NCBI GenBank assembly: GCA_947302045.1
Contig: CAMYUQ010000001.1
Coordinates: 6,035 to 70,034 of the forward strand
DNA length: 64,000 bases
Direction: 5' to 3'
Origin: an uncultured Clostridia bacterium
GTDB taxonomy: Bacteria > Bacillota > Clostridia > Oscillospirales > CAG-272
Shown here: one piece after another, positions 9,477 to 18,925 of the stretch
Layout: each line of letters starts with the position of its first letter
How positions within the stretch are numbered: the stretch's first letter is position 1
Made by a program: the position numbers and the translations under genes
Notes under the pieces: generated by a model
Told to the model about the DNA's origin: nothing
The model's input: the letters and a program-made list of their open reading frames with translations, nothing else
Databases searched by the model: none

Positions 9477-10076
9477 ATGAAAATATACGATATTTCCCAA
9501 GAGGTTTTCGGGTGTCGGGTATATCCCGGCGATCCTATGCCGGAGAGAGAGCTGCTCCGGTCAACCGATAAGGGCGACATATATAATCTGACGGTTTTTC
9601 GGATGTGCGCGCACAACGGCACGCACATAGACGCGCCGTTCCACTTTTTCAAAGATGGAAAAACGGTTGACGCCCTCTCTCTGGATGCGCTGATCGGGGC
9701 GGCTTACGTTGCGGAGCATCACGGGGTCGTCTCGGGCAACGACGCCGTGAAGATCCTCGAAAAAGCGGAAAGGCAGAACCCGGAGGCGGCAAAAAGAGTC
9801 CTGATAAAAGGAGACGCAGTCGTCTCCTCTGATGCGGCGCGCGTGTTTGCCGCAAAGGGGATCTCCCTGCTCGGAAACGAATCCCAAACCGTCGGTCCCG
9901 AAAATGAACCGATGGAAGTCCATCTGATCCTGTTGGGAGCGGACGTGATCCTGTTGGAAGGGATCAACCTGGCAGAGGTTACGGAAGGAGTCTATTTCCT
10001 GAATGCCGCACCGCTGAATCTCTCCGGCGCGGACGGTTCGCCGTGCAGAGCAATATTGATCGACAACGAAGGATAA
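9477..10076 (+). CDS. Cyclase-family protein (kynurenine formamidase-like)
   Basis: 199 aa with the cyclase metal motif AHNGTHIDAPFHF. Confidence 0.75.
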   Translation: MKIYDISQEVFGCRVYPGDPMPERELLRSTDKGDIYNLTVFRMCAHNGTHIDAPFHFFKDGKTVDALSLDALIGAAYVAEHHGVVSGNDAVKILEKAERQNPEAAKRVLIKGDAVVSSDAARVFAAKGISLLGNESQTVGPENEPMEVHLILLGADVILLEGINLAEVTEGVYFLNAAPLNLSGADGSPCRAILIDNEG

Positions 10077-10113
10077 AATCAAAACAGCCACCGCGGTGGC
10101 TGTTTTGATTTTG
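10075..10113. terminator. Bidirectional intrinsic terminator between convergent genes
   Basis: AAAATCAAAACAGCCAC-CGCG-GTGGCTGTTTTGATTTT is a perfect 17-bp stem flanked by A and T runs. Confidence 0.85.
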
Positions 10114-10117
10114 TTCT

Positions 10118-11791
10118 TTATTTGAGGATCACATTTTCCGCTCCCAGAAGCGCTTGGAATTCCCGGACAAGGTAATCGCTCAAAGCGATGCCCCTCCCCG
10201 AAAAATCGTACTGCCCGACGGAGGCGTCGTAGTAGGCGATCGGGAAAGAACCCTCGAAAATTTCCGCCAGGTTGACCGCCTTTCTATACTGCTCGCTCTC
10301 CCGGTCGGGAACGCGCAGATACAACCGTTTGGGCATTGCAGGTCGGGTGTTTCCTTTCGGTTCGGACGGCGACACTTGCGAAACCGTCGGATCCGGTTCG
10401 GTGTAGCGGTCGTTTTCAATCAGTTCTTCCAGCCGGTTCAGATTCAGTTTCGGCGGCTCATCCTCTCGCAGGGAGAGCGTCCCGGTGGCAAAAACGGCGT
10501 TATCCGAACGGATCAGACGTCCGTATTCGGCAAAAAGATTCGGAAACGCGATGCATTCGATCTCTCCGAACTGGTCTTCCAGTGAAAAGAACGCCATTCG
10601 CTCTCCTTTTTTGGTGTTCTTGACCGTTACCGAGGTGATCATCCCGGCAACCGATACGCGCGTGCGGTCGGCAAGGTCCGCATCCTCTCCGACTAGAGTT
10701 GAGATCGGCGTCGGATGCAAAACGGCAAGCTGTTTGGAAAAGCTCTCCATCATCTCGCCCGAGAAGAACATCCCTGCCGCTTCCCTCTCCATCATCAGCT
10801 TCTCCCGCACACTGAATTCGGGAAGATTCGGGTAGGAAAACAGAGACGGTTGCTCTGCCGCGTTCGGCATGGAAAAGAGATCCAACTGTCCTGCCAGATT
10901 GTTCTTGTCCTTTTCCGACGCCTGTTGGATCAGCCGTTCGTGAGCCGCCATCAGACGACTGCGATAAACGCCCAAACGGTCAAAGGTTCCCGCCTTGATC
11001 AGCGATTCTACCATCCGTTTGTTCAAATCCCCCGCGCTCATGCGGCTGATAAAATCTTCAAACGAGCTGAATTTCCCGTTTTGCTCCCGTTCGGAAAGGA
11101 TCTGTTCGAGAAATTGTCTGCCCACATTTTTGATCGCCAACAGTCCGAACCGGATGTCTTTTCCCGAAGTGGAAAACGGGATCCGGCTCTCGTTGATGTC
11201 CGGCGGAAGTGTTCGGATCCCGCGCGCGGAACATTCTCCCATATATTCGGCGATTTTGGTCTGATTGCCGAGCACGCTCGTCATCAGCGCCGAGAGATAG
11301 GCGCTCGGGTAGTGCTGTTTGAGGTACGCCGTGCGATAGGAAATCAGCGCGTAGGCGGCGGCGTGCGACTTATTGAACGCATAGTTTGCAAAGCTCTCCA
11401 TATCGGAAAAGAGCTTTTCGGCGACTTCCTGTTCCACCCCGTGTCCTTTTGCACCCATGACAAAAGCTTCCCTCTCGGAGAGCAGAACGTCGGCTTTCTT
11501 TTTGGACATGGCGCGGCGAACGATATCGGCGTGTCCGAACGAATAGCCCGCCACGTCCCGGAAGATCTGCATGACCTGCTCCTGATAGACCACGCACCCG
11601 TAGGTGGACCGCAGGATCGGTTCGAGCAGAGGCGTTTCGTAGGTTACCTCCTCCGGATGATGCCGGCATTTGACGAACCGCGGGATCGAGTCCATCGGCC
11701 CCGGACGGTAGAGGGCGATCGCGGCGATGATGTCGTCGATCCGCTCGGGCGCGAGTCCGGTCAGCATTTTCTGCATCCCTGCCGATTCCAA
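10118..11791 (-). CDS. dnaE: DNA polymerase III alpha subunit DnaE, C-terminal part (ATG-to-stop ORF; the same frame stays open upstream to the TAG at 11894-11896)
   Basis: ..ESAGMQKMLTGLAPERIDDIIAAIALYRPGPMDSIP.. plus the downstream HhH and OB-fold regions typical of DnaE. Stop TAA. Confidence 0.9.
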   Translation of the reverse strand: MESAGMQKMLTGLAPERIDDIIAAIALYRPGPMDSIPRFVKCRHHPEEVTYETPLLEPILRSTYGCVVYQEQVMQIFRDVAGYSFGHADIVRRAMSKKKADVLLSEREAFVMGAKGHGVEQEVAEKLFSDMESFANYAFNKSHAAAYALISYRTAYLKQHYPSAYLSALMTSVLGNQTKIAEYMGECSARGIRTLPPDINESRIPFSTSGKDIRFGLLAIKNVGRQFLEQILSEREQNGKFSSFEDFISRMSAGDLNKRMVESLIKAGTFDRLGVYRSRLMAAHERLIQQASEKDKNNLAGQLDLFSMPNAAEQPSLFSYPNLPEFSVREKLMMEREAAGMFFSGEMMESFSKQLAVLHPTPISTLVGEDADLADRTRVSVAGMITSVTVKNTKKGERMAFFSLEDQFGEIECIAFPNLFAEYGRLIRSDNAVFATGTLSLREDEPPKLNLNRLEELIENDRYTEPDPTVSQVSPSEPKGNTRPAMPKRLYLRVPDRESEQYRKAVNLAEIFEGSFPIAYYDASVGQYDFSGRGIALSDYLVREFQALLGAENVILK

Positions 11792-11893
11792 CTGAAAGAT
11801 GCCGGACGTTTTTCCGGAACTGATGAGCTGATAGGTTGCCGCGTCGTCAAGCGGGATTTTTTCAATATCAAATTCCGGCGCCTCTTCCCGGAT

Positions 11894-13609
11894 CTACTCT
11901 TCCACGTCCCGGATAATGGTCAGATACCGGAGCGCGAGAAAATCGAATTTCAGCAGTCCGAGTTTTGCGACCGTGTCCATATCAAACTGGGTCACGACCG
12001 TTCCGTTGCTCATGGAAAGCGGAACGTAATCCGAAACCGGGCGATCCGTGATGACAACCCCCGCCGCGTGAACCGATACGTTGCGCGGCATTCCTTCGAG
12101 CGCCATCGCGGTATCCACCAGCCGCCGCACCTGCGCGGAACCGTCGTACAAACGTTTCAGATCCGGCATTTTGAGTGCTACCGGAATGGTGATTCCGAGC
12201 TCCTGCGGCACAGCGCGAGCCACGACGTCCACGTCCGCGTAGCTCATTCCGAGCGCACGTCCGACATCCCGGATGGATGCGCGCGCCGCAAGCGTTCCGA
12301 AGGTAATGATCTGCGAGACGTGATCTTCTCCGTATTTCCGGCTCACGTAATCAATGACTTCATCCCGACGGTTGTAGCAAAAATCGATATCAAAGTCTGG
12401 CATACTGACGCGTTCCGGGTTGAGGAAACGCTCGAAAAGCAGATCGAACCGCAAGGGATCGACGTCGGTGATCCCGATGCAGAACGCCACCAGACTCCCT
12501 GCTCCCGAACCTCTCCCAGGGCCGACCGGAATGCCGGTTTGTTTGGCATAGGATACATAGTCCTGCACGATCAGAAAATAATCTTCATATCCCATCTTTT
12601 CGATGACCGAAAGCTCGTATCCGATCCGCTCCCGGTATTCGGACTCGCTATGCAGGTCAAGCGAGAATCTCCCTCCCGACAACCGTTTTGAAAAGCCCTC
12701 TTCTGTCACTTCCCGCAGATAAGCGGCGGCGGTCTTCCCTGCCGGACAGGGGTATTTCGGCAAATAGGTGGTGGAGAAATCAAAGGTGACCTGACAGCGG
12801 TCGGCGATCCGAACGGTGTTTTCGAGTGCCTCCGGATACCCTTTGAAGAGCATCGACATTTCATTTTCATCTTTGAGATAGAATTCATCGGTCGCAAATG
12901 CGGCGGGACGACCGGCATCGACCGTTGTGTTGGTCTGAATGCACATCAGAACCGCCTGCTTATCGGCATCCTCCCGGCGCAGATAATGGCAATCGTTGGT
13001 CGCCACCGTCGGGATCCCGCATTCCTCGGCGAGCTTTGCAAGCACGGGAAGCATGGTTCTCTGCTCGGGCAGTCCGTGGTTCTGCAATTCGATGAAGAAG
13101 TTTCCCTCTCCGAACAATTCCCGGTATTGCAGAGCCGTTTCTTTGGCACTCGCGTAGTCTCCTTTTGCGAGCAGCTTCGGAATCTTTCCGCCGAGGCAGG
13201 CCGAAAGCGCAATCAGTCCGCCCGCGTGGCGGCGAAGCAGTTCTTCATCGACGCGCGGCTTGTTGTAAAAGCCCTCGGTAAAAGAGAGCGACACCATTTT
13301 GGAGAGATTGCGGTATCCCTCATTGTTCTCACAAAGCAGGACGAGATGATCGGCATAGCCGTCGTCGCCGCGGGTCTTTTCAAACCGGGAACCGCGCGCC
13401 ACATAAACTTCGCACCCGATGATCGGTTTGATTCCCGCTTCGGTACAGGCACGGTAAAATTCCACCGCGCCATACATGACGCCGTGGTCGGTGATCGCAA
13501 CCGCGCCCTGCCCGGCTTCCGATACCCGCTTCGGGATCTCCCGGATCCGGCAGGCGCCGTCGAGCAGACTGTATTCACTGTGCAGATGCAGGTGTACGAA
13601 CCGGTTCAC
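11894..13609 (-). CDS. dnaE: DNA polymerase III alpha subunit DnaE, N-terminal part (PHP + palm), ending at an in-frame TAG
   Basis: GTG start at 13607-13609 after GAGGGAGGGA. MNRFVHLHLHSEYSLLDGA.. is the PHP domain. The ORF ends ..LRYLTIIRDVEE-TAG, and the next codons in the same frame read IREEAPEFDIEKIPLDDAATYQLISSGKTSGIFQLES. Confidence 0.9.
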   Translation of the reverse strand: MNRFVHLHLHSEYSLLDGACRIREIPKRVSEAGQGAVAITDHGVMYGAVEFYRACTEAGIKPIIGCEVYVARGSRFEKTRGDDGYADHLVLLCENNEGYRNLSKMVSLSFTEGFYNKPRVDEELLRRHAGGLIALSACLGGKIPKLLAKGDYASAKETALQYRELFGEGNFFIELQNHGLPEQRTMLPVLAKLAEECGIPTVATNDCHYLRREDADKQAVLMCIQTNTTVDAGRPAAFATDEFYLKDENEMSMLFKGYPEALENTVRIADRCQVTFDFSTTYLPKYPCPAGKTAAAYLREVTEEGFSKRLSGGRFSLDLHSESEYRERIGYELSVIEKMGYEDYFLIVQDYVSYAKQTGIPVGPGRGSGAGSLVAFCIGITDVDPLRFDLLFERFLNPERVSMPDFDIDFCYNRRDEVIDYVSRKYGEDHVSQIITFGTLAARASIRDVGRALGMSYADVDVVARAVPQELGITIPVALKMPDLKRLYDGSAQVRRLVDTAMALEGMPRNVSVHAAGVVITDRPVSDYVPLSMSNGTVVTQFDMDTVAKLGLLKFDFLALRYLTIIRDVEE

Positions 13610-13630
13610 AAACAGTTCCCTCCCTCTTTT

Positions 13631-14521
13631 TTATGATCCGGATATCAGATCCGCCTCCTCCAACAGTTTACGCAACCGATGGTTCAACCCGGATTTGGTG
13701 ACCGGCGGATTATGCAGTTTTGCCAGCGTTTCGAGAGACGCCTCGGGGTTTTCCATCCGGAGTTTTGCCGTTATCCGCAGTTCCGTCGGAAGCGATTCCA
13801 AACGACCTCCGGCAATCAGCTTTTCGATCGCCGCCGTCTGTCTGCCCGTTGCGGCCACGTTGCGGCTGATATTTCGCGTATCGCAATTCGTGGCACGGTT
13901 CTCGTTGTTCCGGATCTCCCTCTCGATCCGTCCGTCCATCATGCGGAAGATCATCTGGTGCGAACCCATCAGAGCCACCAATTCCTCCACCGTTCCACGG
14001 TCCTTATAATAAAATCCGGTTCCGCGCGACCGTTTCATCTGCCGGGGCGGATAGCCGAGGCAGGATAAAGACGAATCCGCATAGCGAGCAGAAAGCTCGT
14101 CCGCGTAGAGAAATTCCAAATGGACCGACCTGCGCGGGTCATTCACCGTTCCCGCCGACAGAAACATACCCCGCAAAAATGCGGAGCGGCATCCGTCGCA
14201 GGAAAAGATCGGTTCCTTTGTCTGTCCAGCCCCCTCTTCCAGCCGACGAAACTGTTTTAACAAGGATGGACTGCTCACGGATACCGTTTCATAGTGACGA
14301 CCGCACCGACCGACGCGGGAACGCCTCGCTTCGACGCCGTATTGCAGGCGGACGAGGTCGCATAGCGTGTCCGCCGCCGGAACGGATTGCAACTGCCACA
14401 CGAGCGTTTGATCTGTTTTGATCGCCGCCGGCAAAAAACCGGCGATCATGGATTTTCGGCAACAGGGACGTTTTACGGGGACAGAAGCCAGCTCCGCCCG
14501 CAACAATTCGGCAAACGACAT
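13631..14521 (-). CDS. whiA: DNA-binding protein WhiA
   Basis: 296 aa. MSFAELLRAELASVPVKRPCCRKSMIAGF.. with a C-terminal HTH ..PPVTKSGLNHRLRKLLE... SD GGGGAGGGAAG. Confidence 0.88.
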   Translation of the reverse strand: MSFAELLRAELASVPVKRPCCRKSMIAGFLPAAIKTDQTLVWQLQSVPAADTLCDLVRLQYGVEARRSRVGRCGRHYETVSVSSPSLLKQFRRLEEGAGQTKEPIFSCDGCRSAFLRGMFLSAGTVNDPRRSVHLEFLYADELSARYADSSLSCLGYPPRQMKRSRGTGFYYKDRGTVEELVALMGSHQMIFRMMDGRIEREIRNNENRATNCDTRNISRNVAATGRQTAAIEKLIAGGRLESLPTELRITAKLRMENPEASLETLAKLHNPPVTKSGLNHRLRKLLEEADLISGS

Positions 14522-14542
14522 TCCGCTTCCCTCCCCACTTTT

Positions 14543-15445
14543 TCATTCTTTCACGATCTTGATTTCCGGCTCTAATTTCACACCTGTTTGAGACAGCACC
14601 CGATCCTGAATTTCCGCAATCAGTTTGCAGATATCCGCAGCGGTTGCACCTTTGCGGTTGATGATGAATCCCGCGTGCTTTTGCGAAACTTCGGCTCCGC
14701 CGACGCGCAATCCTTTGAGTCCGCAGTCTTCGATCAATTTTCCGGCAAAATATCCCTCGGGACGTTTGAAAACACTGCCTGCGCTCGGATATTCGAGCGG
14801 TTGACTCTGCCTGCGCTTCGCGGCAAGTTCTTCCATTCGCGCGGCGATCTCTTCCCGCTTTCCCGGTGTAAGGTGGATCGACGCACCCAAAACGACCCAT
14901 TCCGGATGTTCTGCGAAAATACTGGTTCGGTAGCCGAACTTCGCTTCCGAAGCCGGGAGGATCACCCGTTCATCTGTATCCATCCGGTAATATTCCACCT
15001 GCGATACGACGTCCTTCATTTCGGGTCCGTATGCGCCTGCGTTCATCCGGATCGCACCGCCGACCGTGCCCGGGATGCCGTGTGCAAATTCGAATCCGGT
15101 CAATCCGGCGTCGCGTGCGTAGGTCGCGGCAGAGGCGAGAGAAACGCCCGCCGCTGCGAAAAAGCCGTTTTCTTTCGGTCTGATGTTCCGCACGCCTGCC
15201 GTCAGGATCACCGCACCGTCAAAACCCGTGTCCGGAAAGAGCAGATTGCTTCCCTTTCCGACGATCAGATACCGGAGCCCGAAGCGGTTGACCGTTTGCA
15301 GGCAGAAGATCAGTCGTTCCTCTGTCATCGGTTCCAGCAGATAGCGTGCCGATCCTCCCACACGGAAGGTAGAATAACCCGACAGCGGAACGCGCTCCCG
15401 GATCCGTATTTCCGCCGCCTGCATGGTTTGCAAAAAAGCTTCCAT
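14543..15445 (-). CDS. murB: UDP-N-acetylenolpyruvoylglucosamine reductase
   Basis: 300 aa. ..PLSGYSTFRVGGSARYL..GKGSNLLF..GGAIRMNAGAYG.. is the MurB FAD-binding fold. Confidence 0.9.
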   Translation of the reverse strand: MEAFLQTMQAAEIRIRERVPLSGYSTFRVGGSARYLLEPMTEERLIFCLQTVNRFGLRYLIVGKGSNLLFPDTGFDGAVILTAGVRNIRPKENGFFAAAGVSLASAATYARDAGLTGFEFAHGIPGTVGGAIRMNAGAYGPEMKDVVSQVEYYRMDTDERVILPASEAKFGYRTSIFAEHPEWVVLGASIHLTPGKREEIAARMEELAAKRRQSQPLEYPSAGSVFKRPEGYFAGKLIEDCGLKGLRVGGAEVSQKHAGFIINRKGATAADICKLIAEIQDRVLSQTGVKLEPEIKIVKE

Positions 15446-15603
15446 TCCCGATCCTCCCGCGCGTTTCTTTCTTTCTCATTATACTCTGTTTTCACCGGAA
15501 ATGCAATACCAATAGCAGAAAAAACGGTTTTCCCGAAAGAAAAAGCGAGAGCGGTCTCGGGTTTGTCGATCGGCAAACCAAAAACCGCTCCCGGGAAGAA
15601 TCT

Positions 15604-18264
15604 TTATTTCAGTTTTGCAAGGGCTGTCCGGACGCCGTCCAGATTTTCGGTATAGCGCGCCAGTTTGGTGCGTTCGGCTTCCACAACCGCCGCCGGTGCT
15701 TTGGCAACGAAGCTCTCGTTGGCAAGCTTGGCGTTCACGCGCGAGATTTCGGAAACGAGCCGCTCTTCTTCGGCAGTCAGTCTTGCGCGTTCCTTTTCGG
15801 TATCCACCAGATCCGAGAGCGGCAGATAGACCGTTGCCGAATCGGTGATGATCTGCACCGCGTCGTCGGCAGAGATGATATCCGGCGTGAAGTGATCCGA
15901 AACGATCACCTCGGAAGCCGACGCCAACCGACAGAAGAACGGATGCGTGGCCGTTCCGAAAGAATCGGGATATTTGGTTTCCAGATACACCTTCGCTTTT
16001 CTGGAAGGCAGAACGTTCATTTCGTTGCGGCGCATCCGGATCGCCTTGATCGCCGCGATCACGCGCGAGATCTGCAAGGATTCCACCGGATAATCCAGCC
16101 CCTGATCCTCGCTCGGATAGGAAGAGATCATGATGCTCTCCTCCTGCGAATCGTGCGGAAGCGCCTGATAGATCTCCTCTGTGATGAACGGCATGAACGG
16201 ATGGAGCAGTTTGAGGATCCCGGTCAGCACGTAGCAAAGAACGTTCTGCGCCGCGAGATTTTCTCCCGTTCCCTTTTCCGCGAGCCGACTCTTGGTCAGC
16301 TCGATATACCAATCGCAAAAGATATCCCACGTGAAATCGTAGATCGCCGAGAGCGCGACGCCGACCTCAAAATTATCGAGCGCGCTGACGACCGATTTCA
16401 CGGTCTTGTTGTACTCGGAAAGGATCCAACGATCCTCAGCGGCAAGTTCGGAGGATGCCGGGAGCTTGACCTTCTCGATCGTGAGATTCATGCGGACGAA
16501 TCTTGCCGCGTTCCAGAGTTTGTTGGCAAAGTTGCGCGCCGCTTCCATCTTCTCATCCGAGAACCGCATATCGTTTCCGGGAGAGTTGCCGGTCGAGAGC
16601 GCAAAGCGCAGGGCGTCCGCACCGTATTGCTCGATCACTTCGAGCGGATCGATCCCGTTGCCGAGCGATTTCGACATCTTGCGCCCCTGCGCGTCCCGCA
16701 CCAGACCGTGGATGAAGACGGTGTGGAAGGGTTCTTTCCCGGTCTGTTCCAGACCCGAGAAGATCATGCGCGCGACCCAGAAGAAGATAATGTCGTAACC
16801 CGTGACCAGAACGCTCGTCGGGTAGTATTTTGCCAGATCGACTGTCTTTTCAGGCCAGCCCAATGTGGAGAACGGCCAGAGTGCCGAGGAGAACCAAGTG
16901 TCCAGAACGTCGCTGTCCTGTTCCATCTTGTTGCTTCCGCATTTGGGACAAACGGTGATATCGTCGCGTGAAACGGTCATTTCTCCGCAGGAGCGGCAGT
17001 AGAACGCCGGAATGCGGTGTCCCCACCAGAGCTGCCGGGAAATGCACCAGTCGTGGACGTTTTCCATCCAGTTGATATAGATTTTGGAGAACCGTTCCGG
17101 CTCGAATTTTACGCGTCCGTCGCGCACGACTTCGAGCGCCGGTTTGGCGAGCGGCTCCATCTTGACGAACCACTGATCCGAGGTGATCGGCTCGACCGTC
17201 GTGTGGCAACGGTAGCAGGTTCCGACGTTATGGGTATGCGGAACGGTTTTGACGAGGTAACCCTCGGCTTCCAGATCGGCGACCAGGGCGCGTCTCGCCT
17301 CGTAGCGATCCATCCCCTCATATTTTCCGCCGTAAGCATTGACGGTTGCGTCATCGTTGAGCACCTTGATGATCGGCAGACCGTGGCGCTGTCCCACCAA
17401 AAAGTCATTGGGGTCGTGCGCCGGGGTGATCTTGACGCACCCGGTTCCGAATCCGATCTCGACGTATTCGTCGGCAATCACCGGAATTTCTCTTCCCACC
17501 ATCGGCAGGATCAGGGTCTTTCCGATCAGATGCGCGTGTTCGGCATCGTTCGGGTTGACGGCAACGGCGGTATCGCCGAACATGGTTTCGGGACGCGTGG
17601 TCGCGACCTCTACGTATTCATCCGCGGATCCCTTAACCGGGTAGCGGATATGCCAGAAGAACCCGGACTGCTCGGAATACTCCACCTCGGCATCCGAGAG
17701 CGCCGTGATGCAATGCGGACACCAGTTGATGATACGGTTGCCGCGATAGATCAGCCCCTTTTCATAGAGGTTGACGAACACCTCGCGCACAGCTTTGGAG
17801 CACCCCTCGTCAAAGGTAAACCGCTGACGGGTCCAGTCGCAGGAAGCACCCAGCTTTTTGAGCTGACCGGTGATGCGGGCCTCATATTTATCCTTCCACT
17901 GCCAGACGCGTTCGAGAAACTTTTCGCGCCCGAGGTCGTAGCGGGTCAGTCCTTCTTCCACACGCAGGCGTTCTTCCACCTTGATCTGCGTCGCGATCCC
18001 GGCGTGGTCGGTACCCGGCACCCAAAGGGTGTTGTAGCCCTGCATCCGTTTGTAACGGACGAGAATATCCTGCAAGGTTTCATCGAGGGCGTGTCCCATA
18101 TGGAGTTGTCCCGTCACGTTGGGCGGCGGGATCACCACCGAAAAATGTTCGGCGTTGTTGGTGACATCGGGGGTGAAATATCCCTTTTCGCACCAATTCT
18201 GATAGATCCTGTCCTCAAATTCGGACGGATTATAGGTTTTCGGCAATTCGATCGGTTGATTCAT
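15604..18264 (-). CDS. valS: Valine--tRNA ligase
   Basis: Start chosen at the ATG 18262-18264 ([13 protein letters not shown]..), preceded by GAGGAGG. Has HMGH and KMSKS class I motifs and a C-terminal coiled coil. The longer ORF to 18342 would run into the T-box terminator. Confidence 0.93.
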   Translation of the reverse strand: MNQPIELPKTYNPSEFEDRIYQNWCEKGYFTPDVTNNAEHFSVVIPPPNVTGQLHMGHALDETLQDILVRYKRMQGYNTLWVPGTDHAGIATQIKVEERLRVEEGLTRYDLGREKFLERVWQWKDKYEARITGQLKKLGASCDWTRQRFTFDEGCSKAVREVFVNLYEKGLIYRGNRIINWCPHCITALSDAEVEYSEQSGFFWHIRYPVKGSADEYVEVATTRPETMFGDTAVAVNPNDAEHAHLIGKTLILPMVGREIPVIADEYVEIGFGTGCVKITPAHDPNDFLVGQRHGLPIIKVLNDDATVNAYGGKYEGMDRYEARRALVADLEAEGYLVKTVPHTHNVGTCYRCHTTVEPITSDQWFVKMEPLAKPALEVVRDGRVKFEPERFSKIYINWMENVHDWCISRQLWWGHRIPAFYCRSCGEMTVSRDDITVCPKCGSNKMEQDSDVLDTWFSSALWPFSTLGWPEKTVDLAKYYPTSVLVTGYDIIFFWVARMIFSGLEQTGKEPFHTVFIHGLVRDAQGRKMSKSLGNGIDPLEVIEQYGADALRFALSTGNSPGNDMRFSDEKMEAARNFANKLWNAARFVRMNLTIEKVKLPASSELAAEDRWILSEYNKTVKSVVSALDNFEVGVALSAIYDFTWDIFCDWYIELTKSRLAEKGTGENLAAQNVLCYVLTGILKLLHPFMPFITEEIYQALPHDSQEESIMISSYPSEDQGLDYPVESLQISRVIAAIKAIRMRRNEMNVLPSRKAKVYLETKYPDSFGTATHPFFCRLASASEVIVSDHFTPDIISADDAVQIITDSATVYLPLSDLVDTEKERARLTAEEERLVSEISRVNAKLANESFVAKAPAAVVEAERTKLARYTENLDGVRTALAKLK

Positions 18265-18277
18265 AGAAACCTCCTCA

Positions 18278-18524
18278 AAAAAGAAAGCCCCCACCCTTGC
18301 ACAGGGCGTGGAGCACGCGGTACCACCTGTTTTTGTTCTCAAATCCGATAACGGCGGAACCGTTGCAGACTACTGACTTCACCCGCACCGCTCGGGAACG
18401 ACTTCGCCTTTCCGTGTTCTCCGGCTCGCACCGTCCGCCGGCTCTCTTTGCAACCGTAAAAAGCTACTCTTCTCCGTCTTTGCGTTTACGCGAATAGTAT
18501 AGCACAGCTTTTCGGCTTTGTCAA
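18278..18524 (-). promoter_or_regulatory. T-box leader (Val specifier GUC) with its promoter, upstream of valS
   Basis: Minus strand has TTGACA (18524-18519), a 17-nt spacer and TATACT (18501-18496). The conserved T-box AGGTGGTACCGCG is at 18328-18316. GAA-GTC-A and GAA-GTC-G specifier-like contexts are present. Terminator is CACGCCCTGTGCAAGGGTGGGGGC + TTTCTTTTTT. Confidence 0.88.
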
Positions 18525-18559
18525 CCGTTTTCGGATATTTTTTCAGCAGAGCCGGAAAA

Positions 18560-18900
18560 ACAACTTTTATGTAGGCAGTTCTCTCTTCTTCTTTCAAGAT
18601 CAAGAATCTGTTTCTTTCGGCGTTGGCGGAAAAGGGATATACCTACCAAAACGGCAAGGTCGTTTCGGCGCGCAAGCCGGAGGAAAAAGGCGAAGGAGAC
18701 ATATCGTTTCTAAAAAGTATGACGGGGCAACCGTCTATGTTTCGTTCAAGAGCAATCAATTCAAGAACGCCGACAATGCTTCCCCGACAAAAGATGCAGA
18801 TATTCTCTTCTCCCGCGGTATGAACGCGCGCGTCGCGGCGAACAACACCGGAAAGCCGATCGACTCGACTACAGTACCCCCGCCGCGAATGAGGTGGGGG
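18560..18900 (+). pseudogene. Decayed fragment of a larger gene (frame-shifted; no start or SD)
   Basis: Two adjoining frames read ..LAEKGYTYQNGKVVSARKPEEKGEGDISF and ..YDGATVYVSFKSNQFKNADNASPTKDADILFSRGMNARVAANNTGKPIDS... It resembles C-terminal tails of large mobile-element proteins as I remember them. Not verifiable here. Confidence 0.3.
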
Positions 18901-18925
18901 TGCTTCATTTTGCTTGGAAAACAGA

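Noticed and set aside
11894-11896. Genome-wide reassignment of TAG (an alternative genetic code) as the explanation for the in-frame TAG in dnaE.
   Set aside because: TAG clearly terminates mgtE (46212-46214), with a strong terminator hairpin starting 11 nt later. It also terminates 58776-59171. Reading through would add nonsense tails. No tRNA with a CUA anticodon is in the window. Local suppression or a sequencing error remain possible.
18756-18908. 50-codon minus-strand ORF (MKHPHLIRGGGTVVESIGFPVLF..) just downstream of the XRE/TPR regulator, considered as a possible quorum-peptide precursor.
   Set aside because: It has no SD sequence and overlaps a hairpin and the decayed + strand fragment. 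It has no signal-peptide-like N-terminus. It is most likely fortuitous.
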